A stretch of DNA of 63,586 nt, filler included, from Psammoneis japonica (Eukaryota): NCBI GenBank assembly GCA_008632985.1. It is 5 parts of 5 records of this genome, joined end to end, with 100 filler letters (N's around TTAATTAATTAA, not from the genome) between each part and the next. Parts side by side here need not be neighbours in the genome. Positions count along the whole stretch, not along the records: positions 15,956 to 31,900 come from QPGO01000176.1; positions 32,001 to 40,907 come from QPGO01000185.1; 3 more parts are not named here. One strand, written 5' to 3'. The position numbers were made by a program, and so were the translations under genes. The notes beneath the pieces were generated by a model. The model did no database searches. It saw nothing but the letters and a program-made list of their open reading frames with translations, and had not been told where the DNA came from. The number at the start of each line of letters is the position of its first letter. The stretch's first letter is position 1. Of the stretch, positions 26,136 through 38,400 are shown piece by piece.

Positions 26136-26878
26136 TGGCAATCTTGCTAGACTACAGAGCTTATATTGCATATGGGATTCAACGGATGTGAAGTACGTAT
26201 ATATTTATGCTTTAGGATTTGTATAAAAACTATTAAAATAATTAAGATATACACATCTTATATAAAAGCGAGAATGACCCTCACCGAAATTTTAACGCGA
26301 AAAACGACACGGCCATGGCGATGAAAGCCGCTCGCGTTGCTCCCACAGTTTGATATGCTACAAAACCAAGGAATGAATCAACGCGTATTATTACGTAGAT
26401 ATTAAATTACAACAATGTATACGATCGGTGGTAACCTTGGTACTCAACTCGAAGGCGTACTCTTGACACCAAAAATGACGCCCTGTAGAAACCATACAAA
26501 TTCTACACAGAAATGAAATCACCAATCAACGACCCTGTTACAAACGGCGACCGGCAACGCTACACAAACAACCTCAGCAATCAACCAACATGTCACGAGG
26601 TTTGTTAGACAATGAATGAGACGACCCTATCAATAAAAGTGCCATACCACACAAACGGCGACGACAGTGAGCGGGTCATTGTCGATGATGGCGTATTTAT
26701 GCGACTCGATGGCCACGGATTGAGATTTCACGCTGTGGGGGTAAAAGCGAAGACACACGGGCAGACGAAAAATGCATGACCTTCGGTCATGCATAGAGGA
26801 GGGAAGACATTTCTACACTTAAAAGGGGGGAAGAAGGGTCATTGCTCTTTGTTACGTTTGCTGTCAGTTGACACTTTC

Positions 26879-27213
26879 CTCATGGATTCTCATGGATCCT
26901 CTTCCTACAAATCTACGAGCGGAACTGAGTAGGGCGGAGCAAGGTCACTATTACAAAAAGTCATTTTCATATACTGCGTTTGCTTCGTATAAAGTACGAG
27001 AGAAAGTCATTCAATTGAAAAAACGGTCATTTTCTCAGTCATCCACACGAATCCACATGGTATAAATCTACGTACGAGAAATCAACGGTCAATGCGAAGA
27101 GTCATTCTCTAAACTCCGATTCCTTCGTACAATGTACGTGAAAAGTCATTGAAAATTTCAAAATTTCCATGAGGATGACTGAGGATTCGTGAGGATCCGT
27201 GAGGATCCGTGAG
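26879..27213. repeat. Small element bounded by inverted tandem decamers (CTCAYGGATY / GAGGATCCGT), possible MITE
   Basis: 26879-26901 is an imperfect reverse complement of 27191-27213; internal repeats such as TACGAGA and AAAGTCATT. Confidence 0.5.
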
Positions 27214-27594
27214 AAAAAAAACACACGACACAAACCCGACCCCCAGGTCGCTGTTATGAGCTTAGCATCCAACGCCGTCGCGATCGCTGCTTTCTGTGGT
27301 TGTACTAGTACGTAGGTGTCGTGTGACTGAACCGTCACTTCAGCTGGGATCGAAGACATGTCGAGACCGCGACGCTGTCCCAGCCGACGGACAGTGGTCC
27401 TTGCTACGACAAGAACAAGAAACCCTGCCAAATCACCGATTTCTTTGGATTGTTGGATGCCCCCCAATAGGAAGCGGTGACAGGAGTAGCTGTGGCCAGT
27501 AAGGAGGACAAGATTGATGACTACCAGCTCCATACCTGCCTCAGCAACCTGAGTTCGATACCTTCCCGATGGCAGCCCAGAGCCCCGCGGGGTG

Positions 27595-28650
27595 GCGATG
27601 TCACGCCGGGACAACATATTCCACTCAACATGGAGAAGATCGAGGCCAATCGTAATTTTGCAAACAAGCTTTGGAATTGTTGCAAGTTTGTAAAGGGCAG
27701 CGCTCTGAGAGACTTGAGCGAATCGAACTTATCTGAGCGGAGTGTAGATGGACCGATGACAGAAGAAGAATTCAATGCTCTTTCTCTACCGGAACGCTAT
27801 ATCATCACGACATGCCATCGTCTTGTGGTTTGGTGACGGATGAAATCGAGAGGTACCAGATAGTGGCTGCTGGAAGCAAGGTGAGCTTCTAAAGACAGAC
27901 AACGAATCTGGAAATGGCTGTTATCTAACTGAGACACCGCTCATTGTTTTTACAATTCTATGGGTTTTTTGTGGAATCAATATGCAGACTGGTAAGTTGA
28001 AATTTCGAAGACTCACCTTTACGAAGGAGCAGGAGCAGGCGAAAAAAAGAGGACGCTAAAGCGCCGCTCGACGTGTTCTTGTCTGTGTTTTGGACACGAG
28101 TTTGCGTCTGCTACACCCCTAAATGCCTTACGTGACTGAGACTTGCGGATTGACCTCGGATGGAAGCTGTAAGAACTTTCGAATGTTTTCAGGCTCTTAT
28201 TCGAAGTATCCGTAACGCGAGGGCTGAGTACAACGTTAAGTCGGGGAGCGAATCAGGGCAACTGTAGTCGCGAGCGAAGATCTGCTTGAGGATATTGAAA
28301 CAGAGCTCAAATCTCTTTTTGCTCTTGCTAAGCTCGACCCGGATAAGGTAGCTGTGCATGCAGCTGGAAGTAAAGATGCCAAAGAAACGATGGAGATTGG
28401 CGAGTCTGTTAAGATTGTAGTCCAAGATGGCGTTAAAGCGAATTTGCCGCTCTCGGGATTGATTGACGCTGAGAAGGAACGCCAGTGGTTGCAAAAACAA
28501 AGCGAAAAGCTGACAATGGAGATCCAGAAGCTTACATGGAGATTGAAGTCCAGTGGATTTGTTGATAAGGCACCTGCTGCTGTAGTACAGCAAGCCAGGA
28601 TTAGCTTGCAACACTGGAAGATCAATTTTCCTAAATCAAAAGCAGCCTTT
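27595..28650 (+). pseudogene. valS: Valyl-tRNA synthetase (organellar/bacterial type) C-terminal fragment
   Basis: TPGQHIPLNMEKIEANRNFANKLWNCCKFV, YADW*VEISK, LRLLHP*MPYVTE, IRSIRNARAEY, LPLSGLIDAEKE, FVDKAPAAVV; stops, frameshifts, an internal deletion and an intron remnant ~27880-27950. Confidence 0.88.
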
Positions 28651-28803
28651 TGGCACTTCCCAAGTAGAACTCTCAGATTTCGTCTTATCTATATATCTCT
28701 CTCTCTAGCTAGTTCAAAACTAACTTCACGTCTTCTTCCCCAGATTTAATGATTGAGGAAGGGGTAATGGCAACTGAATACTGAACAAGACACATTGTCA
28801 AGA

Positions 28804-29140
28804 ACAGAATAAGGCGAGCGAAGCTTACAATTGAACAGCCGACTATTACAAACTACTCTCCTTGGTAGAGGGAGTTTTAGCATTACTTTCGAACATACAA
28901 ACTTAGTCGATTGCAATTGTACGACGTCGATGGACGTTCCTATGCCAGAATTGCAAAATATGCTTTGTAATGATGTTCAATATTCAGTATATCTCAACTT
29001 GACTACGGTAGCATAGTACTCTACAGAATAAGGCAATCAAAGGGAACCGCCGACTATTACAAATTACTCTCCCTCGTGCTCATCGAGGGAGCATTAGTAT
29101 TAGTTTCAAACATACATACATGTGCTAGATGGACGTTGCT
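28804..29140. repeat. Diverged direct repeat, period ~215 bp
   Basis: ACAGAATAAGGC...GCCGACTATTACAAAYTACTCTCC...GATGGACGTT occurs twice. Confidence 0.65.
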
Positions 29141-29169
29141 AGAGGGCCCAGTAGCAACAACATCGCGAC

Positions 29170-30285
29170 TTAGGCAAGACGGGTCTTGCCTTGTTCCTCG
29201 CGACCGCGAAGCTTCAGCTCCAGCTCCAGCTCTGCAATGCGCTTAACGAGGAAAGCACGATCCGCATCCTCACAAGAAGCTGCTTCCTCGATGCGAGGCA
29301 TGGTGCGAGCACGCTTGGAAGGGGACTCAAAAGAGCTGGCATCCTCTGCCTCAGCAATGCTTGGAGATTCCACAGTGGGTGGCTTCCTACTAGACTTGAC
29401 AGGGGTGGGAGGCACACGCGCGCCCCATTCGAGGAGGCCAATGTAGGTTGCAAAACGTTTGGCGAGTTCCCAGTGCTTTTCGTTCGGGCGGCGGAAGGCG
29501 AGGATTTGAGCGGGACCGTAGGTTTGAACAAACTCCGGGTCATCAAACGGAAGCGAGCGGAAACGTCGGTCTCTTCCCCACCCCAGTTCTTCACAGCATA
29601 CATGAGATCCTCGATTGCGTCGACACTGTACTTGAGGTAAATGTCCATCGCAGACCTAACCTTGAGCGCAGCCGGGACATCTGACGCATGAAACTGTAGC
29701 AGCAACGGCTCAATATCTGCGCCGACTGGAACTGTCCCCAAAAAGAAGGTGTGAGCGTTCCACTCGCGGGTCAAGTCGTTGTGTTCCGCCCTCCACTCGT
29801 TCTCAGATTCTTCGGCCAGATTAATCGCGTCGTCCTCGCGCTGCAGCTCCGCCTCCATCATCGTCACAGCAGCCGTCGAGCGCGCCAACCGCTCGCGATC
29901 TTCGGCCTCGGTAGCCCTTGCTTCAGCCAACGAAGCTGCCCGCTTTCCCCTCGCCTCGACAGCTGCCGCCTTCCGCTGGCTCAAACGTAATCCTTCGGCC
30001 TTGCTTGCCCTGCGGTAATACGACAAACAGCAATACCAAGAGGTGAGTATCCTCGGAACCTCAGAACAAAAGTCGGTGCGAATTAGCAATCATCAGCACA
30101 AAAACTCACTCGAATTTCGCGTCGTACTCTCGCCGCACGGTCACAGGGTTCCTCGTCGAGTTTTCCAGCACGACGTTCTTCGCCCTCTCCTCCGCAGGAA
30201 GCAATACATGGGTGCCGAGCGTCAGGAGAAGAGCCTTCTTCCACTCCTCTTGCGCGTAAAACGTTGGGCTGAACCTCATGGACAT
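29170..30285 (-). CDS. Hypothetical coiled-coil protein with intron 30010-30109 and a probable frameshift near 29415
   Basis: GTGAGT...CGCAG intron joins ORFs 30106-30315 and 29214-30089 in frame; Ala/Glu/Arg-rich helix; normal composition. Confidence 0.45.
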
Positions 30286-30949
30286 GGCGGATGATGGTAC
30301 GGATATGATGTGCAATGGACTCGTCGCAAAGAGAAAATTATGAGAGCAAGGAATGAGCAGACTGAATGAGCAGTCACGGGAAATTTACGGACATGAGTTG
30401 CTGGCGGCATTTATGAACCACCAGGACGCGTCTCCTTTTTTCCCTCCGACGTTTGTTGCAGACAGAATCGGGAGTGTGTTTGATGTATTTGATTTTTGTC
30501 CAACGAGTTTGTGCGTCAATTGATGAGTGAAGGAGCCACGGTCATAACATCCCGTTCGTCGACTCGCGAAAAGCCTTGTGCTGGACTCTGTCATTAACAG
30601 CCGACAAAAGTATGGGGTACAATTACTATGTCACTTCTCGGATCTGGAAACGAATGTTACCCTCACTTGTTGTAATCTGACTGTGCGCTGCTGCTTTGTA
30701 GAACGTCGAACCTGCTCATCGTCTCATCGTCAAGTTTCTTGGAGCAAATTTCCAAATTCTCGAATTTCAAAATCACATGTGGACGAGAGACATGCCACGT
30801 GGAAGCAAAAACGTTCATCTGTATTTTGATTTCGCACCCAAACAAACCGCCAAGCGAACTCACAAGGATACAGTGCCCTCGGTAAACACACACCCACCGT
30901 TCTCCTCTCTCCTCTCGCCTTGACTTACCTCAGTAGTCTATTTTAGGGC

Positions 30950-31900
30950 TACCGGTACAAGCTTTATTGCTAAAGGCTTACCTGGTATCCTCAAGCACGA
31001 TACGAATGCCATTCTACCACTAGGGCCCTAAGACACGTGGCAGAATGATGCCTGATGTTCGCCACGAGAACGCTGTGGGCTGGACTCTGGCGCATCAATC
31101 CGCGCAGACGCACAGAGTGTTGAAAATCCTCAAGTAAGTGTTGGAACTCATTCTCCAGAATCATCCGGCCTCGGCTTGAATTATGATAAGGACGACAAGG
31201 GTGATCTTCCTATATCGTTTGATCCCAATTTTGGTGGTGGTCTACATGCAAACGAAGAAGAACAGCAACGGAGGAGCTCTCTTTCCAAAGCTGTTTTGTT
31301 TAATCAAGGCCATGCGGTTTGGAAAGCTCCATGCATTCGATTTATTTGCACGTATGGAATTGATTCAATGTGCAGTAATGCAATACCCGGATGAACTGCA
31401 ACACATCGATCATACAAAAGGCAACACGCCTCTTCACGTGGCATGCATGGCTCCTCCAGTGCTACAAGTCGGATGCTGTTGTAGTGGGTTGACGAGGATG
31501 CGACCGGCTGTCTTTTTTGAAACAGCATCCCGAGGCGGCCAAGGTGCGAAACCGTGAGGGACAATTTCCGCTGATGGTTGCACTGGAGCACAGCAAGGAC
31601 GATGCGGAGCACGCGGCTGCATCGTTGGCTGGGGTTATCTTTACGCCAGTGGTGAGCTCACCCTAGCTTTTGTTCTGTGCGTGTTCCGTTGTCAATGCTT
31701 GCCAATACCCACACTTTCCTGTCAGGTGCAAAAATCAATGATGAAGTTCGATAACGTAAAACAGGCGGCTCATTCGGACTCTTCGTTTACCGCTGGGCCT
31801 CTCCGTGCAGCAAGAAGAGCAACCAGTACAATACAGCACGCAGTGGATAGGTGGGTCTTAGTGTTGCGAATTGTGGACGTTGACGCACACCACGGAAATG
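30950..31900 (+). pseudogene. Ankyrin-repeat-like protein fragment
   Basis: ELIQCAVMQYPDELQHIDHTKGNTPLHVAC (G-x-TPLH-x-A); surrounding frames broken. Confidence 0.55.
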
Positions 31901-32000
31901 NNNNNNNNNNNNNNNNNNNNNNNNNNNNNNNNNNNNNNNNNNNNTTAATTAATTAANNNNNNNNNNNNNNNNNNNNNNNNNNNNNNNNNNNNNNNNNNNN
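31901..32000. other. Artificial contig linker
   Basis: N44-TTAATTAATTAA-N44. Confidence 0.97.
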
Positions 32001-34578
32001 CCAATTCGACAACTCCACCTGCACCCATCCATCTTATCAAAGAAGATCAAACAGATTTCTGCAAGGCATCAAACTAAGACAAGACACACGCTCAGTTAAG
32101 ATGCGCCAGTGTGATTTCCCAGATGCAGCAAAATTCGGCAGTTCTCTCATGGACAGCAATGCACCATCCTCGCCTGAAAAAGAGTTGTGTTGCAAGCTGG
32201 CTCTTGCTTTGTTCACATCATGTCGGACTGCCTCAGACACACGACCATTCGATCAAACCTGCTTGCAGTCATTCCGTCAAGCGGTGGAGAGAGAAATCGT
32301 CACTGAAGAAAATCTGAAATTCTTGCAAAATCTGCAAGATGCAAAATCTAATTGTCTGCGATTAAAAAGCACATCAGATTTTCTTAAACGCACCACCCGT
32401 GAGCATGCATCGGACGACAATGAATTTAGCACAAGGTGCGAAAGCGACACCGAAGACGACATTGGAACGGCTTTGCAAGGACAAATGCTTGATGCTCTTC
32501 TAGATGAATTGGTGAACCATGAACACGAAGACGGGACAGAAGCGAATGATGAAGCAGCCGCACCCACAAATTTAAGTGGCAAACAAACCAGACAGAAGGG
32601 AAGTCACCTTGCAGGATGTCAGCACTTGGCATGCATGTGCATGACTTCTTCAGATCAAAACACTGTTGTCAATTCGGTCCCTGTCGTAGAAACAATGGAG
32701 CCACCAGAAATTGAGGTCAATGAAGAAGACAATGAAAACAGCATGCAAGCAGATGAAGAACCTGCACCTCAAATTAGGAAACGAGATGTAGTTCGAGCAT
32801 TGCTGACCAAGACTGGACACATTCAACGATCTTTCCAAGACACAACTAATTCGGAAGAAGCCGTTGATGTCCTTGAAGCTAACGGCTCAGCTAAAAGCTT
32901 GGTTGATTGGTCAAAAAAAGCCAAGCTAGACCCACATCAAAGTCGTGCTTTTGAAGTCATGGCAGGAACTTTCATTTTGACGCACTGCAAAGACGCTCTG
33001 GGAGAACAAGCAAGTGGCAATGTAAGAGGAGGAATTGGACACGAATTTAACAAAGAATGCAGGAGATTGGCTGGGTCAGTTGAAGTGCGAGAATGAAGAG
33101 GCACACAGTCAATTTGTTTCTTGCATGGAGCAGGAGGAAGTGGCAAATCCACTGTTGTCGATCTTGTTGTTTTGCACGCAAGAGAATGTTGCTCTTTAAT
33201 TGAATGACCATTCACTGCACAAACAATTGCCGTCACTGCCATGACCGGAGTTGCAGCGACAATTCTGAAAGGAGACACCATTCACAGAGTTGCCCATCCA
33301 AACAGGAAAAAAGAAATGACAGAAACACAAATGGAAAGCTGGAGTGACACTCGTCTGCTGATTGTTGACGAAATGTCATTTGCTTGCAGAAGAGATTTAG
33401 AAAAATTACATGCTAATCTATCTGTCGTGAAATCCAATTTAGACAGGCCTCATGGGGGTGCAAACACAGTGTTTGCAGGGGACCTGAGACAACTCGAGCC
33501 AGTTGGACACGGAATGCACCCTCCACACAAGGAGACCTGTGCCGAATTCCAGGAATGGGTGAACTGCTGCATCCAGTTGCATGGGATGCACAGATTCAGT
33601 GAGGATCCAGAATGGGGCAGTTTGCTAAAACGATTTAGAGATGGTGAAGCGACTCTCGAAGACATCGACAAAATCAATGAAAGAGCAGTGAGAAAGGGTC
33701 AACAACTGCCAGAGAACATTGAATGTGCATCACACAGAAACAAAGAAAGAGACTCCATCAACACAGCCTTGTTTGAGGAAAGGACCAAGAGACTGCACCA
33801 AAGAGATGGAGAAGTCTTGGACTCTCTAGCCATTTTCAGTGACGATTTACAAGTGCGTGACGGAGCAAGACAGCACATGCCTTTCCCGGTGTGCAAAACA
33901 TTCTGGAAAAACTGTGGAGAGAGCGATGTGGAAATGCAATCTGGCAGGCTTGATCCAGCATTACGAACGTGCAAGGGATGTAGAGTTATGATCCCGTACA
34001 ATGAAAATGTGGCAAATGGCATTGCGAATGGAACACAAGCAACTGCAGCAAAAGTCGTGCTGAAACCAGGAGAACATTCATCGCAAGTGGTCTTGGACTG
34101 TGGAACATCCATTCGAGGTGTCACAGCATCCCAGGTGGATCATGTAGAACTCAAGCACAGCAACAAAAGCATCGATCCACCCACCTTTTCGCTCAAGCCT
34201 AAGTCTTCCAGTTTCAAAGCCTGTTCAAAGGACCCAACCCAACAGATGACAGCTGAGGAAAAAGAGAAACATGTGCTCGGACTGAAAGTAACCCAATTGC
34301 CATTCACAACAAACAATGCGACTACAGGACACAAGCTTCAAGGAAGCGGTGTCGACAATGTGTTTGCACATAGCTGGAGCTGTGCACAAAACTGGGCACA
34401 TGTCATGCTCTCCAGGGTTAAGACCAGAAATGGTCTGCATCTTCGGCAACCGCTGAAGAGAGATTTAAGTCTATACAGACTGCTGGACGGGTGTAACGCC
34501 CTGCTCCGGTTGATGGAAGGAAAAAGTGTCACATACTTCACCAACGAACAGTATGATGACATTTTGCAGTCCAATTAA
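32001..34578 (+). mobile_element. Helitron-type PIF1 helicase (C-terminal part of RepHel), inactivated; 5' part beyond the contig edge
   Basis: Walker A GAGGSGKS, TAMTGVAATILKGDTIH, Walker B LLIVDEMSF, FAGDLRQLEPV, HRFSEDPEW, IANGT, TGHKLQG, HVMLSRVKT; in-frame TGA at 33094 and 33205. Confidence 0.88.
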
Positions 34579-34649
34579 CACATGGAACATTTTGATGCTG
34601 CACATGGGAATTATTTCTACATTTTGGAAAATGTTCCAAGCTTTATACG

Positions 34650-34683
34650 CGGGCTTGCAGGCGTGCCCGGCAACAACCGATAG
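34650..34683 (+). other. Candidate Helitron 3' end: GC-rich hairpin followed by a CTAG-like terminus (GATAG)
   Basis: CGGGCttgcaggcgtGCCCG imperfect hairpin ~70 bp after the helicase stop, with TAG 12 nt later. Confidence 0.4.
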
Positions 34684-35419
34684 AAAACAAAGGGTCTAAT
34701 CTAATAAATCGATGTTAGTACATTATTACAATGATGGACACACTCAGCAACCAGTGATACACAACGTTAGGACAGTTCTCTTATCATCTACCATAGAACG
34801 ATCACACCAGAATTATCAAAAAGGGGAAACCCACGTCTCTTCTTATAATATATTCATACACAAATACAAGAATTAAATCGCCATTTTTTGATATAATGTT
34901 AAAACATAAATATAGAATTACGTCGCACATTAATTAATTGCGAACCCATCATTTAAGCGTGCGAATTTTTTAAAAAATGATTGGTGGCAAGTAAAGATCA
35001 AAGCTCTAAAATTTGATGCTCGCGCGCATGGCAATCCAAACCAGCCCGGGTTCCACACCTCCTCACTTCGTGTCCAGAGTTCCTACCATAAAGGAGGAAC
35101 CAATTACTTAGCTTGCGGAACCTCTATTTCGTGGATATTAACGGATTACTTAGATTTTAAACTTATTCATGTATAAAGTTCTATTACGTAAATGTCATCT
35201 TAGAATTGATTATTCGTATAATCATGCGATGCCCCTACAGTGTGTTTGGTTGATCTTTTCTCACACATGTGTTAGATCTAGATTATTTTACTGTACGTGA
35301 ATTTGACGGCTTGCTTTGAGTGATGGATTTCTTCAGACCGATCTTAGGGTTACGAGATCAAGGCAAGATGCTCTCTGCTCTAGAGCTGCTCTCTGCTGTA
35401 GAGCTGGCTAGAGCCAGAG

Positions 35420-38400
35420 TTAGCAGCAGAGAGTGGCACTGTCTTTCAGAAGGTCGTGACAAAGCACCGTGGGCCTCAGTTGTTTGTTCAACCCCACAGG
35501 GCCGTTGTCAGCAAAGGGTGGAAACTGCGCACATGTTGATGCACTGGCATTGCTGGCCACCACCTCCAGAGTTGTTGGATCACTTGGCAGCACGTGCTGC
35601 TCTGGCACAAGCCATTTTTCTTTGTTTGGCACAAGCTGCACCTGGGTTCTCCAAAAAAGCATTGGGAGTCTTTGGTCGCTGGGTGCTGACTGGACATTTG
35701 TGTGATCTCCATCAACCTTCAAAGCTGCCTTGTTGGCAATGTGGGCTTTCACATTTGCTTCATCAGCACTGCTGTGGGAGCATTTTTCATGTGTGAGCTG
35801 AAAAGTTGAGATTGGTGTTTCCAATGACTGACATTGCAGCTGACCTTGCTGGCCCATCAAAAAAACAATGGACCATTGGAGAGTGCTTGGTGCACATGTG
35901 TGCACATGGTCTTGTCAGCTCAAAGCTGAAGTGGAGAAAGAATGCTGGGTGCCATGCTCTCAGACAATTGGCACCAGCCTGAGCTTGCAAGTCAAAGATC
36001 AAAGAGCATGAGCTGCCATGGTGGGTTAGCTGGGGTCAGGTGTGGCCCTGATTTAAAAAGCTCACATGGCAGACAAGTCTTTAAAAATGAGGTGGTGTTT
36101 GCCATTGGTGCCTCCACAGGAAAAGCAACCCCCAGCAGAGGCAAATTCTTTGTGTGGCTCAGGCGGCTTCTTCTCTTTTGAGTGCTCTTTCAAGGCAGCA
36201 GGGGCTGCACAGCACATGTGTGGCCAGCCATGACAAGAAAAAACTCTGCCAACCAACTGCGCAACACATTTCATCTAGCTGCCAATGCATGTTTTCCAAC
36301 AACCACATCAGAGATTGTGGTGCTCCTCAGAGAAAGCTTTCCTGTCATCTGCAACCCACCACTTCCAAAGCAAGCTTCTCATGCCAGGTTGTGTGCTTCC
36401 AAAGCCAATGATGGCTGACTTTTTGTCTAAATTTGGGGACATGACACTCACACTGCCAAAATCACTGCCAAAAGACAAAAGAACTTTGCAAGCATTTTCA
36501 AAGTTTGCATCAATGTTGCTTTCAGCTGCCAAGAATTCGGCTGTGATTTGCTTTCACATCTGGCCATGCTCTGTGTGCAGTGCAGCACAAACCAAGCAAG
36601 CAAAGCAGCACTGACACAGTGGCCTGCTCACAATGTTTTCAATGGATGCTGTTGGTGTTGGATTGTGCTGTCTTGTGCTTCCACAAATGTGATCATTGGT
36701 CTTCTGCTGCAGACAAGATGGCGGCACTTGTGCTCAACAAGTTTGCCAACCTCAACAAGGGAGGTCTAGATCCAGGCAAATGCCTTCAGTGCAGATTTGT
36801 GAAGGACATTTGCTGGTGTGCACTTAACCTCTGAACCTGACAGAGTGGTTGTGTTGGCACTAATTTCTTCAACAACATTGGCTCAATCTCTGTCATGCCA
36901 TCATTTCAAGCTCTCAGATGTGGTGTTCAGCCTCATGCATGAGAACAATTTTTTGCTGCATGGCACACTTTTGGCAAACAGAGGCGCTCAGCCATGCATG
37001 TGCTTGTGGCTCCTGGGGTCTTCCAAGCTGCTGCTGCTCAGTTGTGTGGGACCGGATGCCAACCTTCTGGGTGCACTGCAACCCCAGATGGTCAGGCTTT
37101 CACTTTGTGAGCTGTGAAGTGCACATGCTTTTTGGCAACTTGTTGGCTGATTTTCCCTGTGCTGTCTCCGCCTGTTTTGATGCTGCTTTTCTTGAGAGAG
37201 CTGGGCTCATCATTGAGAGTTGTGATGAGCTGGACAATGCTCAACAAATGCTTCACTCAGAAGAGCCCAAACACAAGCTTGCAAGCCCAGAGTGATTGAG
37301 ACAGGGCCATTGCAATTTGCTTTGTTGGTGGTCAAAAAGTGAAAATCACACCATGAGCCAGTTTGGTCGCCTCTGTTGCTCAACTTGCCTCCATGCAGCA
37401 CATGTAGTTTGTGCTCCATTCCACCTTTTTGAACCAGCTGATTTCTGTTTGCCAAACCCAGCCAGCACAAGAAAAACTCTCCAGCTGATTCATGATGTTC
37501 TTGATGCTGTTGGCCCAAGATTTGGCAAAGTCTTTTGGACAAAGTGCACACTCACTCTGCCAAAAATTCAGCTCAATGCACTTGACAGGGTGCACTGGGA
37601 GTTCTTTGCTGCATTCTTGGAGTGGCCTCTGCAGCTCTGCAGCTGTTTGCTTGATGTGCCCAACTGCAGCATCTGTGACACACATGCTTTGAGACTCCTG
37701 GCTCTGTCAAGCCCAGCTTCAACAAACAGTGGTGTTCAGCAGAGAATGTGTTCATTTGAGTGACATGTCAAATCAGGCCAGCAGCTTCCAAGCATGCCTC
37801 AACCACCCTCTCTTGTTGGCCTTGTCTTCTCAGCACAACACAACAACCAGCTGTGGTGCCAGAATCTTTTCTCTTGATGCAGCAGGCCATGAACTTGAGT
37901 GGGCTTTTGCAGATCGTCATGGAAGACAGCAATGCCAAAAACAGTGTCACAAATGTTGTGATTTGTTCCACTGAATGGCCAACTCTTGCTGCAAGAGCAA
38001 ACAATTGTCTTTGCACTGTGCTCTGCTCTGCACAAAACTTTTGGTCATTGTGTTTCCCCAGCAAGTGTTCCCAGAAGAAGAGAAGAGTGGCAGAACAGCT
38101 CAGCTTTTTGATCCTGCCCTGCCTCTTGACTGAAAAAAGAAGGTGCATGGGTGCATCATGTCACGCTTGTCATTTGCCAGCTCTGGCACAATGCACACTT
38201 CCCAGTGCACCCATTTCAAACAACAGATCTTTTGAAAAATGCAGTTTGTCCAGTGCTTGAGAGGCTCTCTGGACAACCCCTTGTGCATTTTTTGGCAAAG
38301 CTTTGACATTGCAGCTTGCTGTGAGATGTGTGTGTGCTCCCTTGCTGTGCTGACAGAATCTTGTTGGCACTTGCAGCACCCTTGTGTTTGTTCTTCAAAT

